Below are positions 30,270 through 42,960 of a stretch of 64,000 bases of DNA, in pieces. Each line of letters opens with the position of its first letter. Position 1 is the first letter of the stretch. The stretch comes from Parvularculaceae bacterium (GTDB lineage Bacteria; Pseudomonadota; Alphaproteobacteria; Caulobacterales; Parvularculaceae). The notes under the pieces were generated by a model that saw only the letters and a program-made list of their open reading frames with translations, was not told where the DNA came from and made no database searches. The DNA lies in contig JAWKVJ010000005.1 in assembly GCA_041398085.1 (NCBI GenBank), positions 21,383 through 85,382 on the forward strand, in the 5' to 3' direction. A program made the translations under genes and the position numbers.

Positions 30270-30766
30270 CAAATGATGAAAGCGAAAAAATAAATTGGCC
30301 GCCGCGATTTGAACCCGGCGTTGCGCCCATTCATGTCCGCAATGAGCTCGACATGACGGCGCAACCTGAAAATGTTTTCGCCTGGCTGATTGATGCGGCG
30401 GGTTGGCCGAGCTGGTATCCAAACGCTGCGGATGTTCGATTTACCGACCGCGGCGTAGAGAAACTTCAGCCGGGCGCGCGCTTTCGCTGGAAGACATTCG
30501 GCGTTTCTATCGTTTCACGCATCGCAGAATTTAAACACAATGAACGCATCGCCTGGGACGGCCGCGCGATCGGCGTCGACGTCTATCACGCCTGGCTGAT
30601 CATCCCGTCCCGAAGGGGCGCCCATGTGATTACCGAGGAGACCCAATATGGCGTCTTTGCGCGGACGGCTGCAGCTTTATGGCCGAGCCGGATGCACCGC
30701 TTTCACCAGATCTGGCTTGAAAACCTTGCCGAAAAAGCCGCGTCGGGCCTGCCGTCCGCCCGCTAA
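30266..30766 (+). CDS. SRPBCC (polyketide cyclase/START-fold) protein
   Basis: ATGA overlap; VFAWLIDAAGWPSWY, GARFRWKTFG, YHAWLI. Confidence 0.82.
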   Translation: MTNDESEKINWPPRFEPGVAPIHVRNELDMTAQPENVFAWLIDAAGWPSWYPNAADVRFTDRGVEKLQPGARFRWKTFGVSIVSRIAEFKHNERIAWDGRAIGVDVYHAWLIIPSRRGAHVITEETQYGVFARTAAALWPSRMHRFHQIWLENLAEKAASGLPSAR

Positions 30767-30768
30767 GA

Positions 30769-32130
30769 CTATTTGCAGATCGCAGCGTCTGGCATGATTT
30801 TCGGCTTCTTTAATTCCTTCGAAGCCACCCGGATTTTCGACGCATAGGTCTCATAGGCTGCACGCTTCCAGTCCGGCAGATCGGCGCCGCCAAGCGCATT
30901 GATCATCGAGGTTTCCGCCTCGCTGATCGCGGCCGCCGCTTTGGCTTCATTTTCCGGAAAGCCCCAGCCGTTCTGATACATCAAAGCGACATGATAAAGG
31001 GAGACCGGATCGCCGCGCTCGACCGCCGCATTACAAATCGTCTCGCGCGCTTCCGAATTCGTGAGGAGCGGCACGGGCGCTTCGCCTTTTGCTTCTTTCA
31101 TGCGAATGACCGCGCCCTGAGTCGTCGGCCCGAAATCATTGTCCGGCCCGTTCATGAAGGAAACATAGCCGAGCGATTCAAGCGCGAATTGCAAAGCAGT
31201 CGTGAGCGATGACGAATTCTCAGCGGCGGCGTCCAGAATGCCGCCCGCCGCCATTCTTTTCGGTACGGAGAAATCGGCAAGGCGCGCCAGCGCAAGATTT
31301 GATTCGTAGAGTTTCGCCTTGCCTTCAATCGCCGCCAGATTCTCCGGATCGGTGCGCATAAGCCTCGATTGTTCGGCGACCGCAGCGCTTCGTTCCTTGG
31401 CGCTGAGCGCATCAAACTTTTCCGAGGCAATCTTCTTCATGTCGTGGTCGGGACCAGCAGCGGCGCCATAGACGCCGGTTTCCATCGCGTCCGACCAGGC
31501 CTCTGACGCCGCGCTCCAAGCCGCTGCTTCAAAAACATTGTCAGCGCCGAATGATTGGCACGACGAAATTTCCGCAAGGCGCAGGGCGCCGACCGGACCC
31601 ATGCGCGAGAGGGAATCGGCTATTTCACCCCGCGCCGCCGCCTTTTCATCTTCATTTGCCTGTGCGTTCAATCGATCGAGCCGGTCGCGCAAGAGCGCCA
31701 TTTGCTCTTTGCGATACTCCATGAAGTCGCGTTCGCGCCAATTTGTCTTTTCGTTTTTTTGCATGCCGCCAAACCGGCGAAACGAAATATCGGCATTGGA
31801 TTTCAGATTGCGAAGACGGCGGTCACGGCGATTATGCGCCGGCGATTGATCGGCGTCACAAGTAGCAATGATGTTCCATTTGAGCGCATAAAGACGCTGC
31901 GCAGACGACATCTTTTCAAAACGCGCCTTGCCGCCATCGGGATAGGAACATTCGGCAAGCGCCATTTGCGCATGCGGGTCGCCGCCAAAAGCGGCAGCCT
32001 CCAACAATGCGCTATCTTCCAGCGAATATCGCTCGGCGCAAATCTGCGTTTCGTTCGCCGCCGCTTGTCCTGCAAAAATCAACACAACTGAAGCAGCCGA
32101 TGCCGCCGCTCCAAACGCCACTTTTCGCAC
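30769..32130 (-). CDS. Secreted protein with Sel1-like repeats and a peptidoglycan-binding-like motif
   Basis: Signal peptide; LQFALESLGY...DNDFGPTTQGAV (PG_binding_1-like); GDPVSLYHVALMYQNGWGFPEN (Sel1). Confidence 0.7.
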   Translation of the reverse strand: MRKVAFGAAASAASVVLIFAGQAAANETQICAERYSLEDSALLEAAAFGGDPHAQMALAECSYPDGGKARFEKMSSAQRLYALKWNIIATCDADQSPAHNRRDRRLRNLKSNADISFRRFGGMQKNEKTNWRERDFMEYRKEQMALLRDRLDRLNAQANEDEKAAARGEIADSLSRMGPVGALRLAEISSCQSFGADNVFEAAAWSAASEAWSDAMETGVYGAAAGPDHDMKKIASEKFDALSAKERSAAVAEQSRLMRTDPENLAAIEGKAKLYESNLALARLADFSVPKRMAAGGILDAAAENSSSLTTALQFALESLGYVSFMNGPDNDFGPTTQGAVIRMKEAKGEAPVPLLTNSEARETICNAAVERGDPVSLYHVALMYQNGWGFPENEAKAAAAISEAETSMINALGGADLPDWKRAAYETYASKIRVASKELKKPKIMPDAAICK

Positions 32131-32311
32131 GCCTTGCCCCTCTTCAATTCCATCGCCACTCCAACTGGCTGGAATGGCTTGGAGCGCGAAGCGCGCCCCG
32201 AATGGAGATTAAGGACTGAATGGCGCGCCGCCAATAAAAAATTATTGAAGAAACGCGTTGAAATTCAAATGTTTTTGCAGTTGCGAAAACGCATCACCGG
32301 GCAATTTCCCG

Positions 32312-34792
<2,481 letters not shown>

Positions 34793-35983
34793 TTACTGCA
34801 ATTCGACGGCTGCGCCGTCTTTCAATTCAAATCCCTGCGCGCGCGAACCCCACGCCTCGAACAATGACGCGTCCGTGCCCGTCATGAAGCAATGAAAGCC
34901 AAGCTCATCGAGAATATCGAAGAGAGCTGCGCGGCGCGCCTCATCGAGATGGGCTGCGATTTCATCAAGAAGCAGGATCAAGGGCGCAGCCCCTGATCGC
35001 ATTGAGAGCGCGCGCGCATTGGCGAGAATGAGCCCGATCAGCAACGCCTTTTGCTCGCCCGTCGAGCATAGTCGCGCGGCGCGGCCTTTCGCCCGATGGG
35101 TTACGAGAAGGTCGGAGCGATGCGGCCCCGACAAGGCGCGTCCGGCTTCGGCGTCAACGCGCCTGTTCTTGCGTAAGAGACCCGCATATTCATCCTCGAC
35201 ATCGGCCGCCGGCGCATTGGCGAGCAACGCTTCAAGGACGCCCTCAAGCGCTATTTCAGCGGCCGGAAAGGCGCCGCCATCTTCGCTGACGCCAGCGGCG
35301 GTGAGCGCGCTCGCCATTTCCCGGCGCGCAGCGGCGAGCGCGACGCCCGCCTCAGCCATCTTCAGTTCAAGCGCAGCGAGCCATGCCTCATCGCGGCTTC
35401 GTTCATCAAGCAAACGCTGGCGCTGACGCATGGCGGTTTCATAGGCGTTCGCCGCCTCCCCATGCGCCGGGTCATGCGCCAGCGTCATTCGGTCAAGAAA
35501 GCGCCGACGCTCACTTGCGCCTTCCATGAAGAGGCGATCCTGGGCGGGCGTCAGCCACAGAAAACGCAAATGATCCGCGAAGGCCGACGGCCCGGAGGAG
35601 GCTGCGCCGTCAATCCGGCAAACACGTCGCGCCCGATCTGACGCAAGCGCGCCGACGCCAAGCGACTTTTCGCCGAGTTCATCTTCAAGCCGGGCTGCAA
35701 CCGCCCATCCGCCAGCGCCGCCGATGCGCGGCAATTCGTCAAGACGCGCCGAACGCAACCCGCGCCCGGGCCCGATCAAGGAGATAGCTTCAAGGATATT
35801 GGTTTTGCCCGCGCCGTTGCGCCCGGATAGCGCAATAGGCCGTCCGTCAAACTCGATATCCAATCTTTCATAAGACCGGAAATCGGAAAGCGTCAGCCGG
35901 CGAATGCGCGCCCGCACGCGCGCCGTTCCCACAGGGCGCGCGTCACAGTCTTCCAGTTTTCGCAGGCTCGCGTCTCTCGCCAT
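34793..35983 (-). CDS. recF: DNA replication/repair protein RecF
   Basis: LSDFRSY, GRNGAGKTNILEA, GPHRSDL, STGEQK, LLLDEIAAHLD; between dnaN and gyrB. Confidence 0.96.
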   Translation of the reverse strand: MARDASLRKLEDCDARPVGTARVRARIRRLTLSDFRSYERLDIEFDGRPIALSGRNGAGKTNILEAISLIGPGRGLRSARLDELPRIGGAGGWAVAARLEDELGEKSLGVGALASDRARRVCRIDGAASSGPSAFADHLRFLWLTPAQDRLFMEGASERRRFLDRMTLAHDPAHGEAANAYETAMRQRQRLLDERSRDEAWLAALELKMAEAGVALAAARREMASALTAAGVSEDGGAFPAAEIALEGVLEALLANAPAADVEDEYAGLLRKNRRVDAEAGRALSGPHRSDLLVTHRAKGRAARLCSTGEQKALLIGLILANARALSMRSGAAPLILLLDEIAAHLDEARRAALFDILDELGFHCFMTGTDASLFEAWGSRAQGFELKDGAAVELQ

Positions 35984-35993
35984 TTCGTCGCCG

Positions 35994-37112
35994 TCAAACT
36001 CTGAGCGGCATAAGCACGTAAAGCGCGTTCGGATCTTCATCATCGCAAACAACGCTTGGACTTGAGGGATCGGCAAGGCGGAACGTGATCATCTCGCCGT
36101 CGATTTCGCTTGCAATATCGAGAAGGTAGCGCGCATTAAAGCCAACCTCGATCGGATCGCCATTATAATCGACCGACAATTCCTCAAGGGCGCTGCCCGC
36201 TTCAGGATTGTTTACGGTCAGACGGAGCCGGTCGGAGTCAATCGCCATTTTAATCGAACGCGTCCGGTCGGCTGAAATCGTCGCGACGCGATCTACAGCT
36301 TGTGCGAAGTCTTTTGTCTCAACACGCAGAATGTTCGAGTTGCTTTTCGGAATAACGCGCTCGTAATCCGGAAACGATCCGTCGATGAGTTTCGACGTCA
36401 GATGGCCAGCGCCGAAGCCGAAACGGATCTTGGTTTCTGAAACCGCGAGTTCCACCGTTTCGTCAGCGTCGGACAGCAACCGCCCGAGCTCGCCGACAGC
36501 CTTTCGCGGCACGATGACGCCCGGCATCTTGGCGGCGCCGGCTGGAAGCTCTGAATCGAGGCGCGCGAGACGGTGACCGTCAGTCGCCGCAGCCCGCAGC
36601 AATTTCTGTGACCCGTCAGCAAAAGCATGAAGATATACGCCGTTCAAATAATAGCGCGTTTCTTCCTGCGACATAGCAAAACGGGTTTTTTCAAATAACC
36701 GCACGAGATCCGCTGTCGCCATGGAAAAGCGGACATCAAATTCGCCGGTCGCGAGCGCCGGAAATTCCTCTTCCGGCAATACCGCCAGCGAAAATTGCGA
36801 GCGCCCAGCAGAAACCTGCAATCGCCCCTCGTCGCTGTGCAGCTCAAGGCGAATTTGCGCCCCTTCCGGAAGCCGGCGAACAATTTCGTATAGCGTCAGC
36901 GCCGATGCGGTCGTCGCGCCCTTGCGCGCAACATCGGCGACTGTCGTTTCGGAAATCTCGATATCAAGATCCGTCGCCGTCAGCGACAGCGCGCCGCCAT
37001 CGGCTTGCAGCAGCACATTCGACAAAATGGGAATCGTATTGCGCCGCTCAACGACGCTTTGGACATGGCCGAGCGCCTTTACGAGGGCGGATCGTTCGAT
37101 AGTGACCTTCAT
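35994..37112 (-). CDS. dnaN: DNA polymerase III beta clamp
   Basis: VERRNTIPILSNVL, ETRYYLNG, ATDGHRLA, FPDYERVIP, YVLMPLRV. Confidence 0.99.
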   Translation of the reverse strand: MKVTIERSALVKALGHVQSVVERRNTIPILSNVLLQADGGALSLTATDLDIEISETTVADVARKGATTASALTLYEIVRRLPEGAQIRLELHSDEGRLQVSAGRSQFSLAVLPEEEFPALATGEFDVRFSMATADLVRLFEKTRFAMSQEETRYYLNGVYLHAFADGSQKLLRAAATDGHRLARLDSELPAGAAKMPGVIVPRKAVGELGRLLSDADETVELAVSETKIRFGFGAGHLTSKLIDGSFPDYERVIPKSNSNILRVETKDFAQAVDRVATISADRTRSIKMAIDSDRLRLTVNNPEAGSALEELSVDYNGDPIEVGFNARYLLDIASEIDGEMITFRLADPSSPSVVCDDEDPNALYVLMPLRV

Positions 37113-37327
37113 TATCCGGCGTTCTTTCCGACGAGACGGCGGCGGAAACATCGCGCGCATTCATGCGCCCGGCGCTCCGCCGCCAGATGCGAGGAGCGGG
37201 CCGCAACCAGCCGATTTCAGTCGATCTGAAACCCCTTGATCCGGGCCCGCAAAACGAGGGTTTATTATACCCCTAATCCGCCGTGAAACGCCAGCGTGCG
37301 AGGCCCGAAAATGACCGACGTCAAGCG

Positions 37328-38854
37328 CTAGGAAGCCTTTGAAGGAAGGAGCTTTTCCGGCTCGAATTCCGCTCCGATCGAGACCTTGATTGCGCCGACG
37401 CCGGCGGCGAACGCCTTGTCGCGCGGCATCAGGGCTTCAGCGCGCCGCATGGACGATATGGCGGTCGTATGATCGCGCCCGAGAGCCCGGCCGATTCTGG
37501 GAAAACTTTCAAAGAGCACCGTGCGCGCGACATAAACAAACGCGTGCCTTGCACGAACGATTCGCTGCGGCTGAGACCGGCCAAGCAGCTCTTCGGCATT
37601 TATGCCAAAGGCGTCAGCGGCGGCGCTCAGCGTCTCTTCAAGAGTCGCCTTGCGGCGGCGCTCATTCAGCCGGCTTTGCAACTCGCTGAGAGCCTCAGCC
37701 GGACCAATCACGCCCGGCCGGGTGCGGCAACGCAAGGCCAAAGTCTTGAATGCGCCGATCGAGTCGCGCATCGACGCCGAGAACAACCGCGCCGTCAGAG
37801 AAATCGTCTCATCGGTGATGCGGTCATCAAGCCCTGCAGCGGCGCGATGCTTCATGAGGACTTCAGCCCTCAGCTTTTCGCTTGCAGGCGAGATGCGAAC
37901 AGAAAGTCCGCCAGCAAGCCGATCCGCAAGCCTTTCCGGGAATCCCGATTCCACGAGCTTTCCTGGCGACATGCCGCCGGCGATGATGACCTGGCGTCCG
38001 GCGCTGACGATCGAATTGACGAGGTTAACAAGTTCGTCAAGCGTTCCCTTCTTGCCCGCGAGCATGTGGATATCGTCGATCATGACGAGATCGTTGGCGA
38101 GCACATCGCGGTGAAAGCTCATGGTCGAACTTGAAAGGAGCGCGCCAACGCACCCGTTCTGAATATTGTTGTGAGTCACATAGACCGCGCGGCCCATTGG
38201 ATAACGCGCCATCCACTCATTGCCGCATGCATGAAGCAGATGCGACTTGCCCGTAGCCGAGGGACCGTGAAAATAGATGATTTCGCGCGGCGCTTCTTCA
38301 TTGAAGATCTGGCGCGCAGCGGCGACAGCGACTTCGTTCGAGGCGTCGACGGCGAATGTATCGAATGTCAGGCGCTGATCGAGCGCCGTCGCGATCTCGG
38401 AGACGCGCGGCGCCCGGCGAGCCGGCGAGCCGGACTTTCCCTCGCCACGATCAAATCCGTTCACGATGACACCGAGATGAGCGCCATCCGCCGCGGATTC
38501 GCGTTGCGGCGCGAGGGCGTTAACCCGCGCCGCATTCGAACTGAGATTAGCCCGTTTAATGATTGTAACGCGGCGGATCGGATAAACATTGTCCGACCAA
38601 GCGCTCATCAGGCCCGGCTTGTATTGCTGATCAAGCCTGTCTCGGCGCAAATCGGACTCGGTCGAAAGGATAATGGCGTCGCCGCCGCAATCATCAAGCC
38701 GCAAGTCTGAAAACCAAAGTTTGAAAACCGAATTGCCGTACCGGCGCCGCAGCGTATCGCAGAACAATGAAAAGCACTTCTCGGCGGAGCCGACGTCATT
38801 ATCTTCCATTTGTGGGGAGTCCCAAGTCCTGAAACGAAATCCATCAACCGACAT
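37328..38854 (-). CDS. dnaA: Chromosomal replication initiator DnaA (highly divergent)
   Basis: Between rpsT and dnaN; TFDTFAVDASN, Walker A GPSATGKS, Walker B MIDDIH, RLADRLAGGL, domain IV IGRALGRDHTT. Confidence 0.9.
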   Translation of the reverse strand: MSVDGFRFRTWDSPQMEDNDVGSAEKCFSLFCDTLRRRYGNSVFKLWFSDLRLDDCGGDAIILSTESDLRRDRLDQQYKPGLMSAWSDNVYPIRRVTIIKRANLSSNAARVNALAPQRESAADGAHLGVIVNGFDRGEGKSGSPARRAPRVSEIATALDQRLTFDTFAVDASNEVAVAAARQIFNEEAPREIIYFHGPSATGKSHLLHACGNEWMARYPMGRAVYVTHNNIQNGCVGALLSSSTMSFHRDVLANDLVMIDDIHMLAGKKGTLDELVNLVNSIVSAGRQVIIAGGMSPGKLVESGFPERLADRLAGGLSVRISPASEKLRAEVLMKHRAAAGLDDRITDETISLTARLFSASMRDSIGAFKTLALRCRTRPGVIGPAEALSELQSRLNERRRKATLEETLSAAADAFGINAEELLGRSQPQRIVRARHAFVYVARTVLFESFPRIGRALGRDHTTAISSMRRAEALMPRDKAFAAGVGAIKVSIGAEFEPEKLLPSKAS

Positions 38855-39393
38855 GAGGCGACGATGCCGCCTGCCGGAGTTGCCCTAGACGGAGAGGAAG
38901 AGATGCTTTTGGCGTCTTCCGCTCAAAATTTACAGATGTCAGTTCGCCGCAATATGGCGTTTGAGAAAAACAGAAACTGATTTGGGAAAACGGCCGCCAT
39001 GACTACTCATTGAAATATCATATCGGCCCATGTTCCGCCCCTTTTGTTTCGGCGCCCGCCAGCGCTTCGTTTTCCGCAACCCCGCCTGACACGGGGAATG
39101 ATCATGAATTTACGCTCAAACTTTGAAGCGACAACAAAAAATCAAAATTGATCCGTAGTCGTCGTATTTCTTAACGATGATATGTCCGCAAACCTGTTTT
39201 TGTCCAGCGATTGATTCGCTTTTTTTGGGAATTTTTTGTCGCGCTTACACGTTGACAAAACGCAATGGATGAAAAAACAAACGCTTAAGAAAATTACTTG
39301 CCGTGACTGGACAAAAATACATGAAAGCGCACACACGGCGTCAGGCAACAATTGCGCTTTACTCGCCAGACGTCGCACATCGAAACGCAAATG

Positions 39394-39427
39394 AAAAGCC
39401 CCGCATCGCAGCCGGCGATACGGGGCT
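39394..39427 (-). terminator. Rho-independent terminator of rpsT
   Basis: Minus strand AGCCCCGTATCGC-CGGCT-GCGATGCGGGGCT followed by TTT. Confidence 0.8.
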
Positions 39428-39452
39428 CAATTTTTGAAATTCCAAGAACGAG

Positions 39453-39719
39453 TTAGGCTGAAATCGCCTTCACGCGCGCGGCCAGACGCGAAATCTTGCG
39501 GGCCACAGTGTTTTTATGCGCAACGCCCTTCGTAACAGAACGGTGAAGTTCCGGTTGCGCAGCTTTGAATGCATTCACGGCGGCATCCTTGTCGCCGGAA
39601 GCGATGGCTTCTTCGACCTTGCGAATAAAAGTTCTGACGCGCGAGCGCCGCTGCTTGTTTACCGCAGTGCGGCGCGCGATCTTGCGCACCATTTTTTTCG
39701 CCGACGACGTGTTCGCCAT
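39453..39719 (-). CDS. rpsT: 30S ribosomal protein S20
   Basis: [22 protein letters not shown]...[16 protein letters not shown]. Confidence 0.98.
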   Translation of the reverse strand: MANTSSAKKMVRKIARRTAVNKQRRSRVRTFIRKVEEAIASGDKDAAVNAFKAAQPELHRSVTKGVAHKNTVARKISRLAARVKAISA

Positions 39720-39807
39720 GGGTATTCAATCCCGTCTGTCGCGGAAAGCTGGTCCGCGCCGTTAAAAATTGTCCGGAACGCGCCCGCCGGGGGCGCGAGA
39801 GGCGTGG

Positions 39808-39836
39808 CTTATAGCGACGGGCCTGCCCGGCGTCAA
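39808..39836 (-). promoter_or_regulatory. Sigma70-type promoter of rpsT
   Basis: TTGACG-N17-TATAAG on the minus strand. Confidence 0.7.
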
Positions 39837-39865
39837 CGACCCTGCAACCGATTGTTTTTTCGTCC

Positions 39866-40720
39866 CTAACGCTGGCAATTAGAGCAAGCGAACGTTGACC
39901 GGCCGGCCTGATTGTACCGCTTGATTGAGGCGCCGCAGGCCGGACATGGGCGGCCTTCGCGATCATAGACTTTAAAGCTGTGCTGGAAATAGCCGAGGGA
40001 CCCGTCCGAGGCCGCAAAATCCTTAAGGCTTGAACCGCCAGCCTCGATCGCCTCTTCAAGGACCTGCCGGATCGCCCCATGGAGCCGCGCCGCGCGAAGG
40101 CCGCCTATAGTTCCCGCCTTGCGGCGCGGAGAAATACCGGCCCTGAACAGCGCCTCACAGACATAGATATTGCCGAGGCCGGCGACGATCCGTTGATCGA
40201 GGAGCGCCGATTTTGCCGGCGCGGCTTTGCCCTTGAGAGACGCCTCCAAGATTTCGGCCGTAAATTTCTCGTCCAACGGCTCGGGGCCCAGGCCGACAAG
40301 ATGCAGCGAGGTCGCCAGTTCTGCCGTTGGCGCAAGGTCCATGAAGCCAAACCGGCGCGGGTCATTATAGTCGATAGTGGCCTTACCCATTGGTCCGGAG
40401 ACGACGAAACTCACATGATCATGGCGCGGATCGGCGCCGCAATCGGCTTGAAACCGGCCGGGGCGAGCACCTTTGACAGTGAACCGGCCGGACATGCCGA
40501 GATGCATGATCAATGTCTCGCCGGTCGATAATTCGCAGAGCAGGTATTTTGCGCGCCGACGCAGCGACAGCACCTCCGCGCCCTTCAAGCGGCGCTCAAA
40601 TTCCGGCGGCAACGGGAATCTGAGATCAGGCCGCCGCGCTATGGCGCCCGTAATGACAGCGCCAACCATCGCGGGCTCAAGCCCGCGACGCACGGTTTCA
40701 ACTTCAGGCAATTCAGGCAA
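39866..40720 (-). CDS. mutM: Formamidopyrimidine-DNA glycosylase
   Basis: TTG start giving MPELPEVE; HLGMSG, DPRRFG, GLGNIY, CPAC...CSNCQ zinc finger. Confidence 0.98.
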   Translation of the reverse strand: MPELPEVETVRRGLEPAMVGAVITGAIARRPDLRFPLPPEFERRLKGAEVLSLRRRAKYLLCELSTGETLIMHLGMSGRFTVKGARPGRFQADCGADPRHDHVSFVVSGPMGKATIDYNDPRRFGFMDLAPTAELATSLHLVGLGPEPLDEKFTAEILEASLKGKAAPAKSALLDQRIVAGLGNIYVCEALFRAGISPRRKAGTIGGLRAARLHGAIRQVLEEAIEAGGSSLKDFAASDGSLGYFQHSFKVYDREGRPCPACGASIKRYNQAGRSTFACSNCQR

Positions 40721-40815
40721 TTTGGACCTATTCAAATTTGGCCGGCTGGCGCTTTCTCTTTACCGCGGCGGTCAATAGACTTCGCCTTGAGAGCTGGAAA
40801 TTGGGCGCAAGGCAA

Positions 40816-42921
40816 TTGGGCGACGGCAAGAAGTACCGGGCTTTTATAAGTTACAGCCATGCTGACGAAGAATGGGGCGGCTGGCTGCAGCGGCGGCTTG
40901 AGCGCTATCGCGCGCCGGGCGCGCTTGGGCAGGCGCTGATGAAGGAGCAGGGCGCATCGGCCCGCCTGTCGCCGGTATTCCGTGACCGCGACGATTTGCC
41001 CGCCGGTGACGACCTTAACCAGGCGATCCAGCAGGCGCTCGCCGAAAGCGAATTCCAGATCGTCCTCTGCTCGCCGCGCGCGGCGAAATCGCGTTGGGTC
41101 AACGAGGAAGCAAAACTATTTTACAAACTGCACGGACCGGGCCGGACTCTTGCAATCATCGTCGACGGGGAGCCCGGCGCATCCGCGACGCCGGGGCGGG
41201 AGGACGAAGAATGCCTGCCACCCGCGCTTCGATTCCGTCTCGACGCAGACGGGAACCTCACCGATGAACCCGCCGAACCGATCGCCGCGGATGCGCGCGA
41301 AAGCGGCGATGGCAAGAACAACGCCTTCCTGAAAATCGCCGCCGGCATGTTCGGCGTCGGCCTCGACGATCTGATCCGCCGAGACCAGCGCCGCCGAGCC
41401 CGCATTGTTCAAATCGCGGCGGCAAGCGCCCTAAGCATTATCGCGGCGCTATCGGCCACGACCTATTTCGCACACGATCAGCGCAAACTGGCCATAACGC
41501 GTCAGAACGAGGCGGAAGGTCTTATCAAATTCATGCTTACAGATTTGCGCGACAAGCTAGAACCGCTCGGTAAGCTCGACGTCCTCGAATCTGTCGGCGA
41601 CAAAGTGCTTGATTATTACTCGCATCAGGACCTGAATTCACTCAGCGATGATGCGCAGAGCCGGCGAGCGACGGCGCTAATACAACTCGGGCAGATCGAG
41701 CAAAGCCGGGGCGATTACGAAAAGGCGCGCAAATCATATGAAGCAGCCTTTGAATCGACGGCGCGCTTGCTAGCGCGCAACCCGAATAATCCCCAACGCA
41801 TTTTCGATCATGCCCAAAGTGTCTTTTATATTGGAGACCTAGCGCGAATATCGGGAGATAATGACGAATCTGCAAAGCGATTCAAAGACTATTACCGCAT
41901 GGCGGAACAATTGGTCGGCTTTGACCCGACGAACAAAAAATGGCTCCTCGAAGAATCATACGCCCTCAGCAATCTTGGGATTAACGAGTATGAGCGCGGT
42001 AATTTTGACGCCGCAAATCCTTACTTCGAGCGGTCAATTAAGAACAGAAAGCGCCTCCTTGACGATACCCCGGATGATAAATCGATGGCGCTCTCTTACG
42101 CTTATGCATTGTCGTGGCTTGCCCTCAATGAACTAAGAGCGGGGCGTTACACATCGGCCTCCAACATCTACGATACGCAAATTGGCGTATACGAAAGCCT
42201 CCTTTCCATAAACCCGGATGACCATGGCGTGCTTTTTACATTGATGCTGGCCAATCAGCGCGAAGGAATGGCAAAATTGTTTTTGGGAGATACTTCATCC
42301 GCGCTAACCGCGCTCGGCGACGCCGAAAGTAAAGCAACTCGGTTATTGATGCGCGACCCAACAAACCAACTTTATCGGTCAAACGCCTCCTTTATCGCAA
42401 CCTACCGATCATATGTCGATGAAATGGAGAATAGATTTGACGATGAGCTCTTACACGCACGGCGCGCATTAGAATATGTCGAAAATGACCGCACGAATGT
42501 CAGCGCCGATTACGCCTACGGCATTGCATTGGCGGCGCATTTGCGAGCGAGCATAAACCTTGGACGAGAAGATGAACTCATTCCGGAGGCAAAGCATTTT
42601 ATTGCTTTGGCCGGAACCAATGAAGGTAGTGAAAAAAGAATAAGGCGCGCGATTGCTGAAGTGGCGCTCGCTCTCGGTCAATATCATGAAGCGCATGGCA
42701 ACCACGACCTTGCGCAATCGGAATTCGAGGTCGGCCTGTCTTCATTTGCCGGTGAGGACGACACGCGATCTGAACTACGCCTCCTGAAGGCGCGACTAAA
42801 TGCTGAACTTGGAAATATTGCAGAGGCCAGGCGGCTCGCGTCAGATCTGGGCGAACTAAGCCCCAGATACCCGGAATATGTGTCGCTATTAAATCGTTTG
42901 CAATCTGGGACCGAACAATGA
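40816..42921 (+). CDS. TIR-domain protein with one hydrophobic helix and C-terminal TPR-like repeats (start uncertain, 40738-40816)
   Basis: YRAFISYSHAD, VFRDRDDL, IVLCSPRAAKSRWVNEE (TIR_2); IVQIAAASALSIIAALSATTYFA; LGQIEQSRGDYEKARKSYE-type repeats. Confidence 0.9.
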   Translation: MGDGKKYRAFISYSHADEEWGGWLQRRLERYRAPGALGQALMKEQGASARLSPVFRDRDDLPAGDDLNQAIQQALAESEFQIVLCSPRAAKSRWVNEEAKLFYKLHGPGRTLAIIVDGEPGASATPGREDEECLPPALRFRLDADGNLTDEPAEPIAADARESGDGKNNAFLKIAAGMFGVGLDDLIRRDQRRRARIVQIAAASALSIIAALSATTYFAHDQRKLAITRQNEAEGLIKFMLTDLRDKLEPLGKLDVLESVGDKVLDYYSHQDLNSLSDDAQSRRATALIQLGQIEQSRGDYEKARKSYEAAFESTARLLARNPNNPQRIFDHAQSVFYIGDLARISGDNDESAKRFKDYYRMAEQLVGFDPTNKKWLLEESYALSNLGINEYERGNFDAANPYFERSIKNRKRLLDDTPDDKSMALSYAYALSWLALNELRAGRYTSASNIYDTQIGVYESLLSINPDDHGVLFTLMLANQREGMAKLFLGDTSSALTALGDAESKATRLLMRDPTNQLYRSNASFIATYRSYVDEMENRFDDELLHARRALEYVENDRTNVSADYAYGIALAAHLRASINLGREDELIPEAKHFIALAGTNEGSEKRIRRAIAEVALALGQYHEAHGNHDLAQSEFEVGLSSFAGEDDTRSELRLLKARLNAELGNIAEARRLASDLGELSPRYPEYVSLLNRLQSGTEQ

Positions 42922-42960
42922 AATCCTAATATTCGCTCGAAATTTCGGTGGGAGAATCTT

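Noticed and set aside
38855-39452. oriC in the rpsT-dnaA spacer
   Set aside because: AT-rich, but no canonical DnaA boxes seen, and many Alphaproteobacteria have the origin away from dnaA.
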